NCBI GenBank assembly: GCA_009859145.1
Contig: VRVR01000008.1
Location: 71,494-135,493, forward strand
Length of the DNA: 64,000 bases
Direction of reading: 5' to 3'
From: Andalucia godoyi And28
Lineage: Eukaryota > Protista > Jakobida
A program made the position numbers and the translations under genes. The number at the start of each line of letters is the position of its first letter. Within the stretch, counting starts at the first letter, position 1. The notes under the pieces are model-generated. The model saw nothing but the letters and a program-made list of their open reading frames with translations, ran no database searches and had not been told where the DNA came from. Below are positions 9,585 through 19,946 of this stretch, one piece after another.

Positions 9585-9997
9585 TGCTCACGCTGTTTGT
9601 TTGGAAAACGTCAGAAAAAAGGAGCCTCGTGGCGTGCCGGAGAAGACAGATGAGGAGAGCAGGAATCTCAAGACCGGGGGGTCGCGGTGCATCCGTTGTT
9701 GGTTCCTTCTCTTTCGAGACCTATCGCTTCGATAACGTGTACAATCACGAATCTTTTTTTAATTTAAAATAATAATAATAAGTATCACTATAATTATTAT
9801 AATTATAAAATCCTATAACAAAAGGAGCCCATCTCTTCGTGTCTCGCATGTCATTGTGAAGGTCCTTAATTTTTGGCGCAATGTGGGGTTGTACAACACA
9901 CCATGATGTTCGTTTGTGCACTGCATTTTTCAATCGAGAAGAAAGAAACAACACGCGGAGCGGAAAGAAGAAGAAGGAAAAAAAATTGGTTCACGTT

Positions 9998-10321
9998 TTA
10001 CGCAGCACCGGCACGAGTGTAGCAAAGCTGGGAGTTGTGCTTGATGACGGACTTGATGAGACCCTCAGCTTCCATGTTATGGATGAGGCGGCGGGCAATC
10101 GAGGCGTTCACCTTCAGACGATCCACAAGGACGGAGGGAGTGATCGACTTGTACTTTGATCCTTCAGAAACGAACTTCTTGAGCTGCTCGGGAGTAAGAA
10201 TGACAAAGTGGTTTGCCTTCTCCTTCAAGGTCTGCTTGGACCACTTCTTCTTCTTGCCACGGTTCGACTTCTGGGCGGCAAGGGCCTTGGCGGCCTTGGA
10301 CTTCTGCTCCTTCACTGCCAT
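9998..10321 (-). CDS. RPS25: 40S ribosomal protein S25 (eS25)
   Basis: GKKKKWSK...KEKANH...ITPSVLVDRLKVNASIARR...GLIKSVIKHNSQLCYTR; true ATG at 10321 (107 aa). Confidence 0.95.
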   Translation of the reverse strand: MAVKEQKSKAAKALAAQKSNRGKKKKWSKQTLKEKANHFVILTPEQLKKFVSEGSKYKSITPSVLVDRLKVNASIARRLIHNMEAEGLIKSVIKHNSQLCYTRAGAA

Positions 10322-10827
10322 TATTGAGAGAAAAACGCAAAGCACAGAAACGAAGAAGAAGAGGAAGAAGGAAAGGGGGGGAAAAACCAAAACAAAAAAC
10401 CAAAAAAGAAAGGAAATCCAAGTGAAGCCAAAGCAATTAAAAGAGGACATTGGCCAGTTTCTCGAGAATAATGCAAAAAAACAAAAAGGGTTTTGCCATA
10501 ACCCTAGGTCTGTCAATGCCACTCCTAATCAATTGTTTCCTTAACAAAATATTTCCTTTTTTATCAGTGTCGAATGCCGGACCTTTCTCATTTTCCTCCA
10601 AAAACAAAACGACAAGCAAGTTTCCCCGCCGAAAGTCCACAACAAAAACAACATGAAATGATAGTTCAAAAAATGAAGAGAGTCTGTAACACACAGACAC
10701 ACAGTGACCGCACGTACCAAAGATAAAAAACGGAGGAAGCAGCAAAGCGGACTAACGAGTAACTGCAGCAGCTGCATCCGGAAGATCAGCAAGCAGCAGC
10801 CGCGCCGCCATAAATGAACACAAAGAC

Positions 10828-13635
10828 ATGATCCACCGAATACATCTTGCGCTCCTGTTTTTCTGCACGGTTTTATTCTCCAGCACAGTGCTTTGGCATT
10901 TTCTCGTGCTGGATCCTAATCTATGCCTCGATTGGAACGGCCATCCTGCTTTTCATGCATTGCACACGCACCCGGTTCTTCGCTATGCATTCTACCAATT
11001 TCAGGAAATTCAGTCTTTCTCACACTTGGATTCCTCTCCGTCTTCGTCATCCTCGCAGCTGTCGTTCGCGCACGTACCGTCACAGCTCCCACTGCAGCAA
11101 CAACAGCATGCTTTGTTTGCATTGATATTTGTTCCGGGAAATGCAGGTTCATATCGGCAATCGCGAGACTTGTTTGGCCAGATCTGCATATCAAATCCAC
11201 AACTGTGCAGCGGACGAGCTCAGATTTTGTTCTATGCAGTTGATTTTAATGAAGAACGGACGGCGTTGCAGCAAGACGACAGACTCCTCTCGCAAGTGGA
11301 GTTTACGCGATACTGCATCCAGACATTTGTATCCAGCAATGCACAAATATTGATTGTTGGGCATTCTATGGGCGGGCTTGTGGCACGCACAATGTGTGAA
11401 TTAGAACGAGAAAAAGGAGACTCGCTGTCGTTTGTCGACCGGGTGTTTGGGATCTTTACGCTGAGCACGCCGCACAGGGGACTACCCGTGTATGTTTCTC
11501 GATCGATTGCGGAGCGCTATGAATGGCTGCACAGAAGGGTTAGGAATCCTGCAGTCCCGTTCGTCACTGTTTCCGGCGGAGTTCGAGATACCCTGATTGG
11601 AACGCATTTGGTTTCTCTCTTTGACGACGATTTGCATGCCATTGGAAGCAATGTCGATGGCGTGTACGCGTCGTTGGACCACAGATGCATCATGTGGTGC
11701 ATGCAGTTTCTAGCACGCACCAATGCGTTCTTTCGCGATCTGTCGGCCCCGTTTGTCAACAATGAACTGCTTGTGTCGATGGGCGACGAAGCGGCCATAT
11801 CACGCGCGATTGCAGATGGGCAGTTTTTGACGCAGAAGCACTCTTCGCATTTCCTGAGCTTGTTTCGCAAGCACTTTATGCTTCCTATGCCTGTAGCAAA
11901 ACCAGACAGGGCCCCGGGGCTGGCGATGCGCAAGATGGAGCTCGACAAGGCGATTTCTCTGAGTCCGGCGACTTCGGCTTCTTACAGCATTTCGCTCACG
12001 CTGGATGACACGTTCTCTGCCATGGACCCAATTGTAATTGTCACAAATGCACGATCCGCCGAGCACGTGGTCTTCGGAATGGAAGCGTTCACTACCGCGC
12101 CGATGTTTCATGAATTGGAAGGCGAGCACGCAAACCCCATTGAGGAGTACTGCCTGCAAACCCAACTTGACGACTGGGTGGACTATGCGTTTGTTCATGA
12201 GCTTCCGTACTCTGATTATGGAACGGCGTCGGTGATCCCGCGCCAAATGCTCGTAGTGATTCCAAAAACAGGACATTATCCGTCGTCCTCCGCGTTTTCG
12301 AAGTCCTCCTCGGCCCAGTGTTCGCTGGTTCTCACAGTGGACGTTCCGGGAGCGCATCAGTACGATGTTCGGCTGTTTGCGTCACAAAAGTCATTTTCTC
12401 TAACGACGCACGCTTCCGAGTCCTCCTCGTTTCCAATGGCTGTGTCCTTGTGGCACCATCCGCAAGCAGCATCTGCAGACAGGGCGTCGCTCTTCATGTT
12501 ACCCTTTGTGGGAGTTCTTGGATCACAGATACGGGTGTTTGAGGATTTCAAGGAGGCAGAACCCGTCTCCACCGCCACATTCATTATGACCACGGTTACT
12601 CAGGATATTCCATACGTGCGAAGACTTCTCCGCAGCAGTGCTTTCGTTGAGAGTGCTGCGACAGCCAACAACGAACGAAAAGGGCAGGCCTTGAGGAACA
12701 AACACGAGAATTACGAATTCCGGGTGTTTGCTGTGCATCCAGGATGGACATCGGGTGCGGACTGCTCTCTTGTTGTGCAGAAGTCTTCGATGCTGGTTCG
12801 GCTTGTGCATTTCATCCGCGAAGGCCACGCATTCTTGGTGTTTCCACACACCTTCTTCTGGATCATGGTTCTGACGTCGTCCTTGTCCTCAAAGTCAGGG
12901 TCAATGAGCTTGTCCTTTCCCTCATCGCATTCTGCAATGTTCTACCTGCATCGCTTCGCATGGAAAACCGACTTTTACGCATTCTCGATCTTTCTCTTTC
13001 TTGTTTTTTGCTTTGCTGCGTATTCAGTTAGTTTATTTAGTGTCATCATCTTCTGCGCATCGCGTCTTGTTGCCTCGCTCCTCATTTCCGTGCTGTATTG
13101 GATCGGCAGCGGTGCTTCGCGTTGCAGGATGCTGTTCTGGGTCGTATTCCTTCTCGGATTTGTCATGATTGCTCTGCACGGAGACCGGTATCTGCTCGGC
13201 GTCTCCAGTCTGCTGCTTGCGTTCTTCCAGCCCGCCGCATCTGAGCATTCGGCGCCCCTGCAGTTGGAAATGTTCTGGTTCCGCCACCGCCCGTCGTTCT
13301 TCTTCCTCGGCATTCTCGGAATGCTCACGCATCCTTCATGGGGACTGATCCTGTTTGTGTTTCCCTATCCTTTCTCGCACATCGTGAAGTACTTCGCACC
13401 CGCCTCGCATGGCTCTGTGGCAGAAGATCGTGAAAGGCATCCGTCGGCTCGCGCAGTGGCCTCCTCCGGCGCCGTGCGCATGGTCGGCGTTCTCGACGAT
13501 GCCATTTCCCTGCTGGCTGGAATTGCCGTTGTGCATCTTTCTGGCGCAACTCACATGTACTGGATCTCAGATTGCGCAATCATCATGTACTTTTTCCGCT
13601 CTGTCTATTCATGCATCCTCTTCTACTACCTCTAG
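10828..13635 (+). CDS. PGAP1: GPI inositol-deacylase (PGAP1/Bst1 family)
   Basis: N-terminal TM, FVPGNAGSYRQ, GHSMGG lipase nucleophile motif, TLSTPH, GGVRD, DHRCIMWC, and multiple C-terminal TM segments. Confidence 0.92.
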   Translation: MIHRIHLALLFFCTVLFSSTVLWHFLVLDPNLCLDWNGHPAFHALHTHPVLRYAFYQFQEIQSFSHLDSSPSSSSSQLSFAHVPSQLPLQQQQHALFALIFVPGNAGSYRQSRDLFGQICISNPQLCSGRAQILFYAVDFNEERTALQQDDRLLSQVEFTRYCIQTFVSSNAQILIVGHSMGGLVARTMCELEREKGDSLSFVDRVFGIFTLSTPHRGLPVYVSRSIAERYEWLHRRVRNPAVPFVTVSGGVRDTLIGTHLVSLFDDDLHAIGSNVDGVYASLDHRCIMWCMQFLARTNAFFRDLSAPFVNNELLVSMGDEAAISRAIADGQFLTQKHSSHFLSLFRKHFMLPMPVAKPDRAPGLAMRKMELDKAISLSPATSASYSISLTLDDTFSAMDPIVIVTNARSAEHVVFGMEAFTTAPMFHELEGEHANPIEEYCLQTQLDDWVDYAFVHELPYSDYGTASVIPRQMLVVIPKTGHYPSSSAFSKSSSAQCSLVLTVDVPGAHQYDVRLFASQKSFSLTTHASESSSFPMAVSLWHHPQAASADRASLFMLPFVGVLGSQIRVFEDFKEAEPVSTATFIMTTVTQDIPYVRRLLRSSAFVESAATANNERKGQALRNKHENYEFRVFAVHPGWTSGADCSLVVQKSSMLVRLVHFIREGHAFLVFPHTFFWIMVLTSSLSSKSGSMSLSFPSSHSAMFYLHRFAWKTDFYAFSIFLFLVFCFAAYSVSLFSVIIFCASRLVASLLISVLYWIGSGASRCRMLFWVVFLLGFVMIALHGDRYLLGVSSLLLAFFQPAASEHSAPLQLEMFWFRHRPSFFFLGILGMLTHPSWGLILFVFPYPFSHIVKYFAPASHGSVAEDRERHPSARAVASSGAVRMVGVLDDAISLLAGIAVVHLSGATHMYWISDCAIIMYFFRSVYSCILFYYL

Positions 13636-13806
13636 AATCGAAACCCGGCGTGCTTGATCCGTCCAGTGATTTTGCATAGTTGATAGGATTTTGTGATTCC
13701 CCCCCCCCCCCCCCGCGTTCTGCAAAAAGAGCAAGTCAAGCCGTACATATATTTTTGGTTTAGAATTAAAATTTTCCTTGGCCTTCCTCCTCTGTTTCGT
13801 AGTTTT

Positions 13807-14304
13807 TTATTTGGTGATGGACGTGGAAAGCTCGGGGACGGTGGATGACGACGAGGAAGCAGGGTGTCCCACGGCAGTTTTTGAAAGAGCACGGTCGGAC
13901 TGATAAATATTAGTGAAGAGCTGCGTGAATTTCCGTTCGAGCTGTCTCGAGTATTCGTCAAGGACATAGACAGCCTTTTCAAGATCACTTGTGCCGCGCT
14001 CGACCTCGTCAATCCGACTAAAGTACGGTATGAGCTCAATGTACTTTTTCTGGACATCCGACAGCCCCTTTGCCAGGACCTGTGACTGGCTGACCATTCC
14101 ATGATACTTTTCAATTGCGATATCATTGAGCTTCTGAAGCACACTAAGATCCGCCGATGCTTCTTCGTGCTCCAACCGCGCATACTCTCCCAATTGACGA
14201 AACAGCACTTGCGAAACAGCAGCTGAATTCGGCTCCGGCCGATTCTCAAACGGCCGCGGAATCAACGGGTCTGGTACATTCAACGGTCCCGATTCAGTGC
14301 TCAT
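13807..14304 (-). CDS. BLOC1S2: BLOC-1/BORC subunit 2
   Basis: DLSVLQKLNDIAIEKY...KYIELIPYFSRIDEVE...LEKAVYVLDEYSRQLERKF coiled-coil pattern; likely ATG at 14304. Confidence 0.85.
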   Translation of the reverse strand: MSTESGPLNVPDPLIPRPFENRPEPNSAAVSQVLFRQLGEYARLEHEEASADLSVLQKLNDIAIEKYHGMVSQSQVLAKGLSDVQKKYIELIPYFSRIDEVERGTSDLEKAVYVLDEYSRQLERKFTQLFTNIYQSDRALSKTAVGHPASSSSSTVPELSTSITK

Positions 14305-14674
14305 TCCCTGTCCTTGCTCTTTTCTCCTTATCCAGTATCCAATGTCCAATGCTGTTTCGCAATCAATCTTCTGTTTTTTTCTCCTCGCAATCATTCAAGA
14401 ACCCCCTCCCTATTCTTTTTTTCGTTCCAGCTTCCAGCATCAACTCGGGGTATTTTCCCACTGACCACCACCCCTAGTCCCGTCCCACCGATGTGATGCT
14501 GTGCTTTATGCTTGGACTGGCTTGACGGTGGGGCGTGAATAAGTGCTTTTATGAGCAGCGTTGTTGATCTTCAGGCGCTTTCTGGCCCCTTCTTCGTGTG
14601 CTTTTCCTTCTTGTTCTTTTTCATTTTTGTGAATGTTCGTGTTGTTCGCACCCGCTCCTTATTAAGAATCTGCA

Positions 14675-16450
14675 ATGAACGATCCGCGTCCTGTGATTGA
14701 GCTGAATGGTCGCTCGTTGAGCGTGTGCGCGCTGATGTCGATTGCCGACGGTACATCGCAGGTGTCTTTGTGCCCGGCTGCAATGTCCAAAGTGAGTGCT
14801 GCTCGGAAAGTCGTCGATTCCATCATTGCATCTGGGCGCATAAAGTACGGCATTAATACTGGGTTTGGTAAGTTTGCGACGGTGTCGATTGACAATGAAA
14901 AACTCACCGAGTTGCAGCACAATCTGGTCCGATCACACTCTTCGGGGGTCGGAGAGCCGCTCCCTCCGTCCCAGACTCGAGCGTTGCTTGCGCTTCGTAT
15001 CAATGCGCTCCTGAAGGGTCATTCTGGAATTGTTCCGGCGTCCCTTCATACGCTTTGTGCAATGCTCAACAAGGGGCTCGTTGCGAAAGTTCCGTGCCAA
15101 GGGACGGTCGGTGCGTCGGGAGATCTCGCGCCACTAGCGCATCTTGCATTGGCTGCTACGGGGGAGGGCTGGATCCTTGATTCGTACAGGGCTGGGCAAA
15201 AAGAGTTTGAGGCGGCAGAGGTGGTGATGGCAAGGCACGGGCTTGTGCCGCTCAAACTGGCTGCCAAGGAGGGGCTCGCGCTGATTAACGGCACACAGTT
15301 CATTTCATCGTTTGCTTGCGAAGCTCTGTTTAGAGCCAAGAGAGTTTTGGACACTGCGATTGTGGCAGCGTCACTCTCGTTGGAGGGCCTTAGAGGCACG
15401 CCGGCAAGCACGGATCCGCGCGGCCATTGGGCACGGCCCCATCCGGGACAGATGCAGGCCGCTCGGCTAATGAGACACCTGCTCCTGGCTGGAAATGAAA
15501 AATCTCCTCTCGGTGCTGCAGTTCCACATGACCATGACAGTGTCGCGCACGAGCATAGACATCACAGCCATAGTCACGATCACGATGGACATGGCCAGTA
15601 CGCAGAATCGGTTTCTCTGGTGCCTTCTGAAATCTGCAATTCCCATGCAGGATGTGGAAAGGTCCAGGACGGATACTCGCTGCGGTGCGTACCACAGGTA
15701 CATGGAATAGCCGCAGACACAATTGCTTTCGTTGAGCGTATTCTTGAAATTGAAATCAACTCGGCGACGGATAACCCCATGGTGTTTGACGAAACCCATT
15801 GGGATTCATTGTCGAAGGAGCAGCAAGAGGAGCTTTCCAAGTTTTATGCTGCCGACGAGAGAGTTATTTCGCAAGGCAACTTCCATGGCGAGTATCCTGC
15901 AAAGGCTGCGGACTACCTTGCTATTGGAGTTGCCGAGTTGGCGTCCATTTCTGAGCGCAGAATTGAGCGACTGATGAATTCAGAAATGTCAGGACTGCCC
16001 GCTTTCTTGGTTCCGTCTGGCGGTCTCCATTCTGGTTTCATGATTGCGCACTGTGCAGCCGCCTCCTTGGTTTCCGAGAACAAGGCTTTGTGCCATCCTG
16101 CGTCCGTGGACTCGATTTCGACCTCTGCAGGGCAAGAGGACCATGTTTCCATGGGCGGCTGGGCTGCGCGAAAGGCTGTGTTGGTTGTCCAGAACGTTGA
16201 ACGGGTCTTGGCAATTGAAATCATGTGTGCTTGCCAGGCGATCGATTTCCTGCGTCCACTAAAGACCTCTCCTTCTCTCGAGGCGGTGTGGAACTTCGTC
16301 AGACGTGATCTCAACATCCCGTTTCTGGCCAAGGATCGTGTGCTCTCTGACGATATCGAGAAAATCGCATGTGCTGTCCGAGCAGGTGCGATTGCAAAAG
16401 TCGCATTCGACAAGCTCCGAGAAATTGAAGGGGACGCACTTTTCCAGTAG
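14675..16450 (+). CDS. HAL: Histidine ammonia-lyase (histidase)
   Basis: YGINTGFG, TVGASGDLAPLAH (MIO-forming ASG), KEGLALINGTQ, QDGYSLRCVPQVHG, GNFHGEY, SAGQEDHVSMG. Confidence 0.96.
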   Translation: MNDPRPVIELNGRSLSVCALMSIADGTSQVSLCPAAMSKVSAARKVVDSIIASGRIKYGINTGFGKFATVSIDNEKLTELQHNLVRSHSSGVGEPLPPSQTRALLALRINALLKGHSGIVPASLHTLCAMLNKGLVAKVPCQGTVGASGDLAPLAHLALAATGEGWILDSYRAGQKEFEAAEVVMARHGLVPLKLAAKEGLALINGTQFISSFACEALFRAKRVLDTAIVAASLSLEGLRGTPASTDPRGHWARPHPGQMQAARLMRHLLLAGNEKSPLGAAVPHDHDSVAHEHRHHSHSHDHDGHGQYAESVSLVPSEICNSHAGCGKVQDGYSLRCVPQVHGIAADTIAFVERILEIEINSATDNPMVFDETHWDSLSKEQQEELSKFYAADERVISQGNFHGEYPAKAADYLAIGVAELASISERRIERLMNSEMSGLPAFLVPSGGLHSGFMIAHCAAASLVSENKALCHPASVDSISTSAGQEDHVSMGGWAARKAVLVVQNVERVLAIEIMCACQAIDFLRPLKTSPSLEAVWNFVRRDLNIPFLAKDRVLSDDIEKIACAVRAGAIAKVAFDKLREIEGDALFQ

Positions 16451-16875
16451 ACCGTTTGCGCGCGTGCGTAATATCTGCTCTTCGTGCTGAAGTTGTTTCC
16501 TATAGTTGTTTTTTCTTTCTCTTGTCTTATTGCTTCGTTCTCTGGGGGTTTTCCAAAAAGTACTGGTGTTTTATTTTTGTGATTTTTATTATTATATTTT
16601 TTTCGCCTCCGCTTTCTTTCCCGACCTCGTTTGCTGAACCGATCGCTGTCCCGTGCCTTGTATGCAGTTCTCTCGCTTGTTCCGTTCACAATTAATCATA
16701 TAGGGCGCGAATCACATGCTAGTAGCAGGTATAGTTGTCTATTTTTATTATTTTTATTATTGTTGTTGTTATTATTACTATTTGAAAGCCCGGTAATCCA
16801 CGCAAAGACAGCTGAAACACAAATAACGTTTCAAAAGCGCTTCAACTTTCAAAGCAATTCAATGATATTTTTATA

Positions 16876-17114
16876 ACCCTCCAACCCAAGCGTCTGGGTG
16901 GAACGGCTGTGAAGATCATCAGATAGTATGGCCTAAAGGTATGCAGGTCGAGGCCCAATGAGAGACACTGTCGAATATTGCCAACCCGATTCCTTGTAAT
17001 CGATGATGGGCGCTGATACGGATTGTAAAAGTCACTTTAGATACGCCAAGTAATCTGCTTGAGGCGCAGTATGCGAGCCAAATGTTTGGAGAGAGGTTTG
17101 GGTTGGAGAAGGGT
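16876..17114. mobile_element. MITE-like element copy 1 with terminal inverted repeats
   Basis: Left end ACCCTCCAACCCAAGC; right end reverse-complements to ACCCTTCTCCAACCCAAAC. Positions 16987-17015 are 29/29 identical, inverted, to 33214-33242. Confidence 0.75.
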
Positions 17115-17498
17115 AAATACTGTTTGAAAGAAAGCTTTAAAAAACTCCCCGATTCTCCGATACTCCGCTTTTTATTGCCGCTGAGCCGCTTTTTTTTTTC
17201 CATCCGTCTTTTCATTCGTAGGCTTTCTGGACTCTGCTGCTCATTACTCGACATCCGATCATCGATACTCTTTGTATTACTCTGCATACTGTTTGTTCGA
17301 TTCCTTTGTTGTTGTTGTTTTCTCGCGTTTTTTCTTTTCTTTTCTCCTTTTCCTTTCCGCCTTTCCTTCATTTATACATTTATTTATTTATTCAACTGCT
17401 GATTGTATATTTATTGGCACGCCTTGTCATCATCATCATCATATTGCTCTCTGTGTCACGTTTCTGGACTTGCTCTGACTTTGACTCCTACTCGTCTC

Positions 17499-19682
17499 AT
17501 GCATCCATCCGCTGCGCCGCCCGCGTCCTCGTTGCCATACTACCATCTTGCGCCGTCTTACCCTCTTTCGTTTCCCACTCCACCACCCCTTGCTGCTCCG
17601 CTTTCACTTTCCAGCCATTTCCAATCTCCGCTTTCCTCTTCCACAGCCACGCATCACAATCATCCTGCATACCAACCACAGCAGGTGCTCGAACAGCATC
17701 ACCAGTTGTTATTGCAACAACAGCAACAGCAGCAGCAGTATTTGGGGAAATCTGGACGGGGCGCTCAAGGAACACACGAGACGATCCGAAAACGAACCCG
17801 TCATGCGTCTCCGTCGCACTCTTCTTCGGACAATGAACGCCAATTCCGGCATCCCACTCATGGTCGTCGTGTAGATGAGGACGAGGAAGACGAAGACGAA
17901 GACGAAGACGAAGACGAGGATGCGCTTCCCTCCAGGCCCGACATCAACCACCCCACAACCACTAACAACAACGGCAATAGCAATAGCAATAGCAATAGCA
18001 GTAGTAGCAGTGCGCTTGGAAATGCAAGTGCGAATGGACAGAGAGTTGCAAAGGCATGCACAGAGTGTCGATCCCTGAAGCGATCGTGTGATGGAAATGT
18101 CCCGTGTTCTCGGTGTGTAGAGCGCGGTGTTGCTCATCTGTGCTCCTATATCCCGCGCAAGAAGCGAACGACTTCCAGAAACAAGCACAAGGTATCTGAG
18201 AATAATACCAGCACCAGGAACAGCAAAGCCATTGCGAATGGGGTTGGAGGCGGGATCGCTGATGCCGACACAGGAACGTCCTCGGCAAGCACGATCTCCG
18301 TGGCGATGACGCAAGCTGGGCGATCCACTCCAAGCGCATTTTCGCCTTTGCCATTGCGCCCCGCACGTGTTGTTTCTCCCTCTGCTAGTCACTCTACAAA
18401 TGTCAGTAGTGCTGGGTCTTGTGCGACTGGTGGAGGTCATGCCACACCGTTACTCGGATACTCTCCTCTGCCGGAGTCATCGTCAACATCATGTTCGTCC
18501 TCGTCATCCTGCTCCTCATCATCGTCTGCTGCTGCTGCTGCTGCTGCTGGTGCACCTGCATCAACATCGTCGTCATCAGGTACGAGTGCTGCAGTCATGC
18601 CATTGTCATCATCGTCCTTACAGCTTCTTCAGTCGCAGTCGCAGTCACAGTCACAGTCGCAGTCGATGGGAATCGCGATGTATGAGCGATCGCCGTTCAA
18701 CTTTTCAGTCTCGAATTTTATTGCAACGCCGACAATCACATCAGATTTCTGGGGTGACGCATCTCCATTTACTCGATCGTTTTCCAATTCGATGCTTCCG
18801 TCCTCTTCCACGGGAGGAAACACGTCCACGATCGCATCGGCAGAAATCAAATCAGAGCTTCCATCTGCTTCCTCTTCTTCTTCCTCTTCTTCTTCTTCCT
18901 CTTCCTCTTCCTCTTCTTCCTCTTCCTCTTCTTCTTCTTCTGCTGCTGCTGCTTCCTCATCTTCTTCCTCTGCTACTGTTGCCACTGTATCCGATGAGGG
19001 CTCCGGTTCTGCTGTTGATGAAGAAGCGACGAAAGCGTCAATGACAACGACCGAAGCATCAGGTTTGCATCCGCTGGCGATGGAGATTATGAATTCGCAA
19101 GACCCGTTTGTACGGTCGAGTCCGATGTTCCGGTACTTGTCAAAACACATTGCGGCGATTGATGTACCGACGCTTCATTTTGTTCGCGAATTTCTGCGAA
19201 CAGTTTCCGAGGAAGAACAGAAAGCCGGTGCGGGAGGGTCACTTTGCCCTGGAAAGATGCATGCAGACTCTATTGATGTGGATGCGTTGCTTCGAAAGGA
19301 TGCCGTGTTGCGAACCGCGATTGAGAATGCAGTGGGCGTGCTCAACACGCTTGCATTTCCGGCGTTCATTATGGTGAACAAGGGCCGAATGTACCGGTAC
19401 AACAGCGCACTCGTCGAGCTCAGTCCATTCACTCGCGAGGAGCTGGACGCTGAGCAGTTCGACGTGCTCGAGCTCTTTGCAGAAGAGTCTCTCGTCAGCT
19501 TCATGCAGACCATTCTCAGGATTCGACACAATCGAAGACTCAATTCCATCACAATGAAGTCTGTCCTCAAAAAGAAGAACGGCGACAGAACTCCATACAT
19601 TGCAGGATGGACATTCTTCAAGGATCGACACGACACCATGATTTGTGGCTCTTTGGTTGTCCTCATGCCTTTTCCCACGTAG
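17499..19682 (+). CDS. Zn2Cys6 + PAS-like transcription factor, array member 1
   Basis: CTECRSLKRSCDGNVPCSRCVERGVAHLCSYIPRKKR; C-terminal FPAFIMV..GRMYRYNSAL..FTREEL...KKKNGD PAS-type fold; likely ATG at 17499. Confidence 0.9.
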   Translation: MHPSAAPPASSLPYYHLAPSYPLSFPTPPPLAAPLSLSSHFQSPLSSSTATHHNHPAYQPQQVLEQHHQLLLQQQQQQQQYLGKSGRGAQGTHETIRKRTRHASPSHSSSDNERQFRHPTHGRRVDEDEEDEDEDEDEDEDALPSRPDINHPTTTNNNGNSNSNSNSSSSSALGNASANGQRVAKACTECRSLKRSCDGNVPCSRCVERGVAHLCSYIPRKKRTTSRNKHKVSENNTSTRNSKAIANGVGGGIADADTGTSSASTISVAMTQAGRSTPSAFSPLPLRPARVVSPSASHSTNVSSAGSCATGGGHATPLLGYSPLPESSSTSCSSSSSCSSSSSAAAAAAAGAPASTSSSSGTSAAVMPLSSSSLQLLQSQSQSQSQSQSMGIAMYERSPFNFSVSNFIATPTITSDFWGDASPFTRSFSNSMLPSSSTGGNTSTIASAEIKSELPSASSSSSSSSSSSSSSSSSSSSSSSSAAAASSSSSSATVATVSDEGSGSAVDEEATKASMTTTEASGLHPLAMEIMNSQDPFVRSSPMFRYLSKHIAAIDVPTLHFVREFLRTVSEEEQKAGAGGSLCPGKMHADSIDVDALLRKDAVLRTAIENAVGVLNTLAFPAFIMVNKGRMYRYNSALVELSPFTREELDAEQFDVLELFAEESLVSFMQTILRIRHNRRLNSITMKSVLKKKNGDRTPYIAGWTFFKDRHDTMICGSLVVLMPFPT

Positions 19683-19946
19683 TCGAGGGCAGTCCACGCC
19701 CATCTCTCTCTGTACAACATACGGTCACTATCCGCATCTTATGATTGCATTGGCATTCAGAATTCCGGATGGTCTCTGTCGAAATGATATGATATTCTCG
19801 TCTCGTCTCGTCTTTTTTGTTCTTTTTATTTATTTTTTATTTATTTAATAGGCATCGTTACGATGTTGATGTAAATGTAAATGTACACCGGAAAGAAAAA
19901 AGTAAAAGTATAAATAATCAGAGAGAGGGAAGGGGCGGAAAGTAAA

